The translations under genes and the position numbers were made by a program. The notes under the pieces are model-generated. The model did no database searches. It saw nothing but the letters and a program-made list of their open reading frames with translations, and was not told where the DNA came from. Positions 62,142 to 64,000 of a stretch of DNA of 64,000 nt are shown here, in pieces; position 1 is the stretch's first letter, and every line of letters starts with the position of its first letter. Source of the DNA: Phallusia mammillata (Eukaryota); NCBI GenBank assembly GCA_965637545.1, contig OZ281495.1:25606001-25670000 (forward strand), given 5' to 3'.

Positions 62142-64000
62142 CTTGTATTTAGAAAGTGATTTAGCCGCTGTGCTCGTAAGTTGGGGTAGTGTTGAGACGT
62201 TTACGTTGACGTGTTTGTTAAACTAAAGCACTGACTCAATATAACCGTAATATAACCTTTAACCGTTAAGTAAATAATACTAACATATGATCTAGAATTT
62301 GTTTTGTTTTTTTGTTGTTTTTTGACAGAGCACGGTGCCAAAAACATAAAGGCTTCGGCGCCAAAACAAAATACGGTAACCAATAAAATATATAACCACT
62401 ATCTGTAAAAAGCATTGGATACGGTTCTTTATTAATATTGGTCAATTTTCCGTAAAACTTAAAAGATGCCTATTTTAAAAAGCTTGCCGAACCATTTTAG
62501 TTGCTTATGTGTGGTTGTCCATGCAATCGTTTCCAATATTATGACTGTAGGCTGCAATTTCTGACTACATGTGGGGTTATGTTTTTCAGTACACGGTTCC
62601 CAACTTAGGTGAAGACATGCAGATGGCGGCGGCGGTGCAGGCTTCACTACTACATTACAATGCTCACAAAACCGAACAGCTTTACCGAGACCCTGGAGAA
62701 AAAAGAAAAACGCCTACTGAGCAGCGTATACTTAAGTGTACGTTTTTTCGGCAAACGACCGATTATTCCGTTTTATGTTTCGAGGGACTTGAAATACCTG
62801 AGTATGCAATTAACATTCCAACTCAGTTTGTCAAGTTGTGGGACTGTCACTGCTAACATTCGCTTTGTCTAATTATGGGTACCCATATTGTTTTTGTCCG
62901 TATTTTTTTTCTTTTTTTCTTTTTTTTTGTCTAGCACTGATTTGTTACACGTGTTTGGTCAAGAAAGAGTGATTCTAATTTCTTCAAATTTGGACAGATG
63001 TTGGTTAATAATCCAAATTTAATCTTTCTGAAGTTTGACTTGAAATAACCCAGCGGTTCACCCACAGGCCCCCAAAACGTAAATTTTATAAAATGACTAC
63101 ACTGACTAAAGTACATAATCTGGGAGTTTCATGCTTTGTTGGTTGGTGCAATGTCAGGTATTCTAAAAAAATTCTAACTTTTAATAGAATTCACCCATTT
63201 TTCACCCCTTAAATCGCGACATGACCACGGGGCTCTGTAGGTCAACTTGTAGGTATACAAACACAGTTGAGAACGATTTTTCGTCATAACATAGCTTCTT
63301 TATTTTCAATTCAAAAATCAATACTCAAGTCTTGTATAAATCAGGCAAAACGGTGTCAAAAGGTAATTAAACGGTCGTTTGGTGTCTTTACCGTGAGAGG
63401 TTACTGCAGGTCAATGGTATTCGTTTTGCGAAACAAAGTTAAGTGAAAAGCAATTTGTTATGTATACTGTTTTAATATAGTGACCGGTTGAATTTAAAAA
63501 AAAATGAGATCACATGTCACCTTATATCAAAGTTTGTTGGAATTTTATAAATAAGACCACTTGTTGCGTTATATGAAAGTTGTGCGGTGAGATAGTATCA
63601 ATTTCAATAATAGTTTCAATAACTTATATATTACAGGTATGACTCGGGAATAATTTTCCGCCTGGGATAAAACGGGCCAACAACTAGCAACGGGAATATT
63701 AATGACAAACGCTCGTCCAATATAATAGGGTGCTAAAGAAAAGGTTTCTGTCTGTGGAATTAAAACGTATTTAGCGACCTTTAAGATGAGTTTGATTATA
63801 CACTGCCGGTAGCAAAAATATATTTGAGTGGTATTTCAGGATTCCGACGAAACCAGGCTTGATGTGGTGAAGGAGGTGATTGACGATTTACTCAATCGAA
63901 TCGTGGCGCCACCTGACGGCCTGACAATTCCTGAACCAACCGATCGACGTTCCCTCCATCCCAGTGGAGCTTTCACATCTTCTTGAAAGCGTTGCAACTG

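Overview
AT-rich eukaryotic genomic DNA with many short GT-AG introns. The gene set, intron sizes and mosaic CpG depletion suggest an invertebrate chordate, most likely an ascidian; this is inference. Manual splice reconstruction gives seven genes. (1) The 5' part of a p24/TMED gene (-). (2) and (4) Two intronless SYK/ZAP70-like tandem-SH2 tyrosine kinases (+). (3) Between them, a 5-exon gene for a small secreted, probably GPI-anchored CUB-like protein with a 1-nt frameshift; the ORF track shows only fragments of it. (5) A 28-exon, ~1340-aa PIK3R5/6 (p101/p84, PI3K-gamma adaptor) homologue (-). (6) A 29-exon, ~1598-aa secreted chimera joining a VWA7-like half to a complete inter-alpha-trypsin inhibitor heavy chain (VIT-VWA-ITI_HC_C, GDPH motif), with the junction inside one exon; this is the most unusual object here. 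(7) A 7-exon RIPK-like non-RD kinase with a predicted N-myristoylation motif and a helical/TPR-like tail. Introns and spacers contain many non-autonomous hAT elements with clear TIRs and 8-bp TSDs, some nested or stacked at one site, plus two tRNA-derived SINE-like families. Exon coordinates were read by hand and checked for phase; homology calls rest on remembered family motifs, not database searches.
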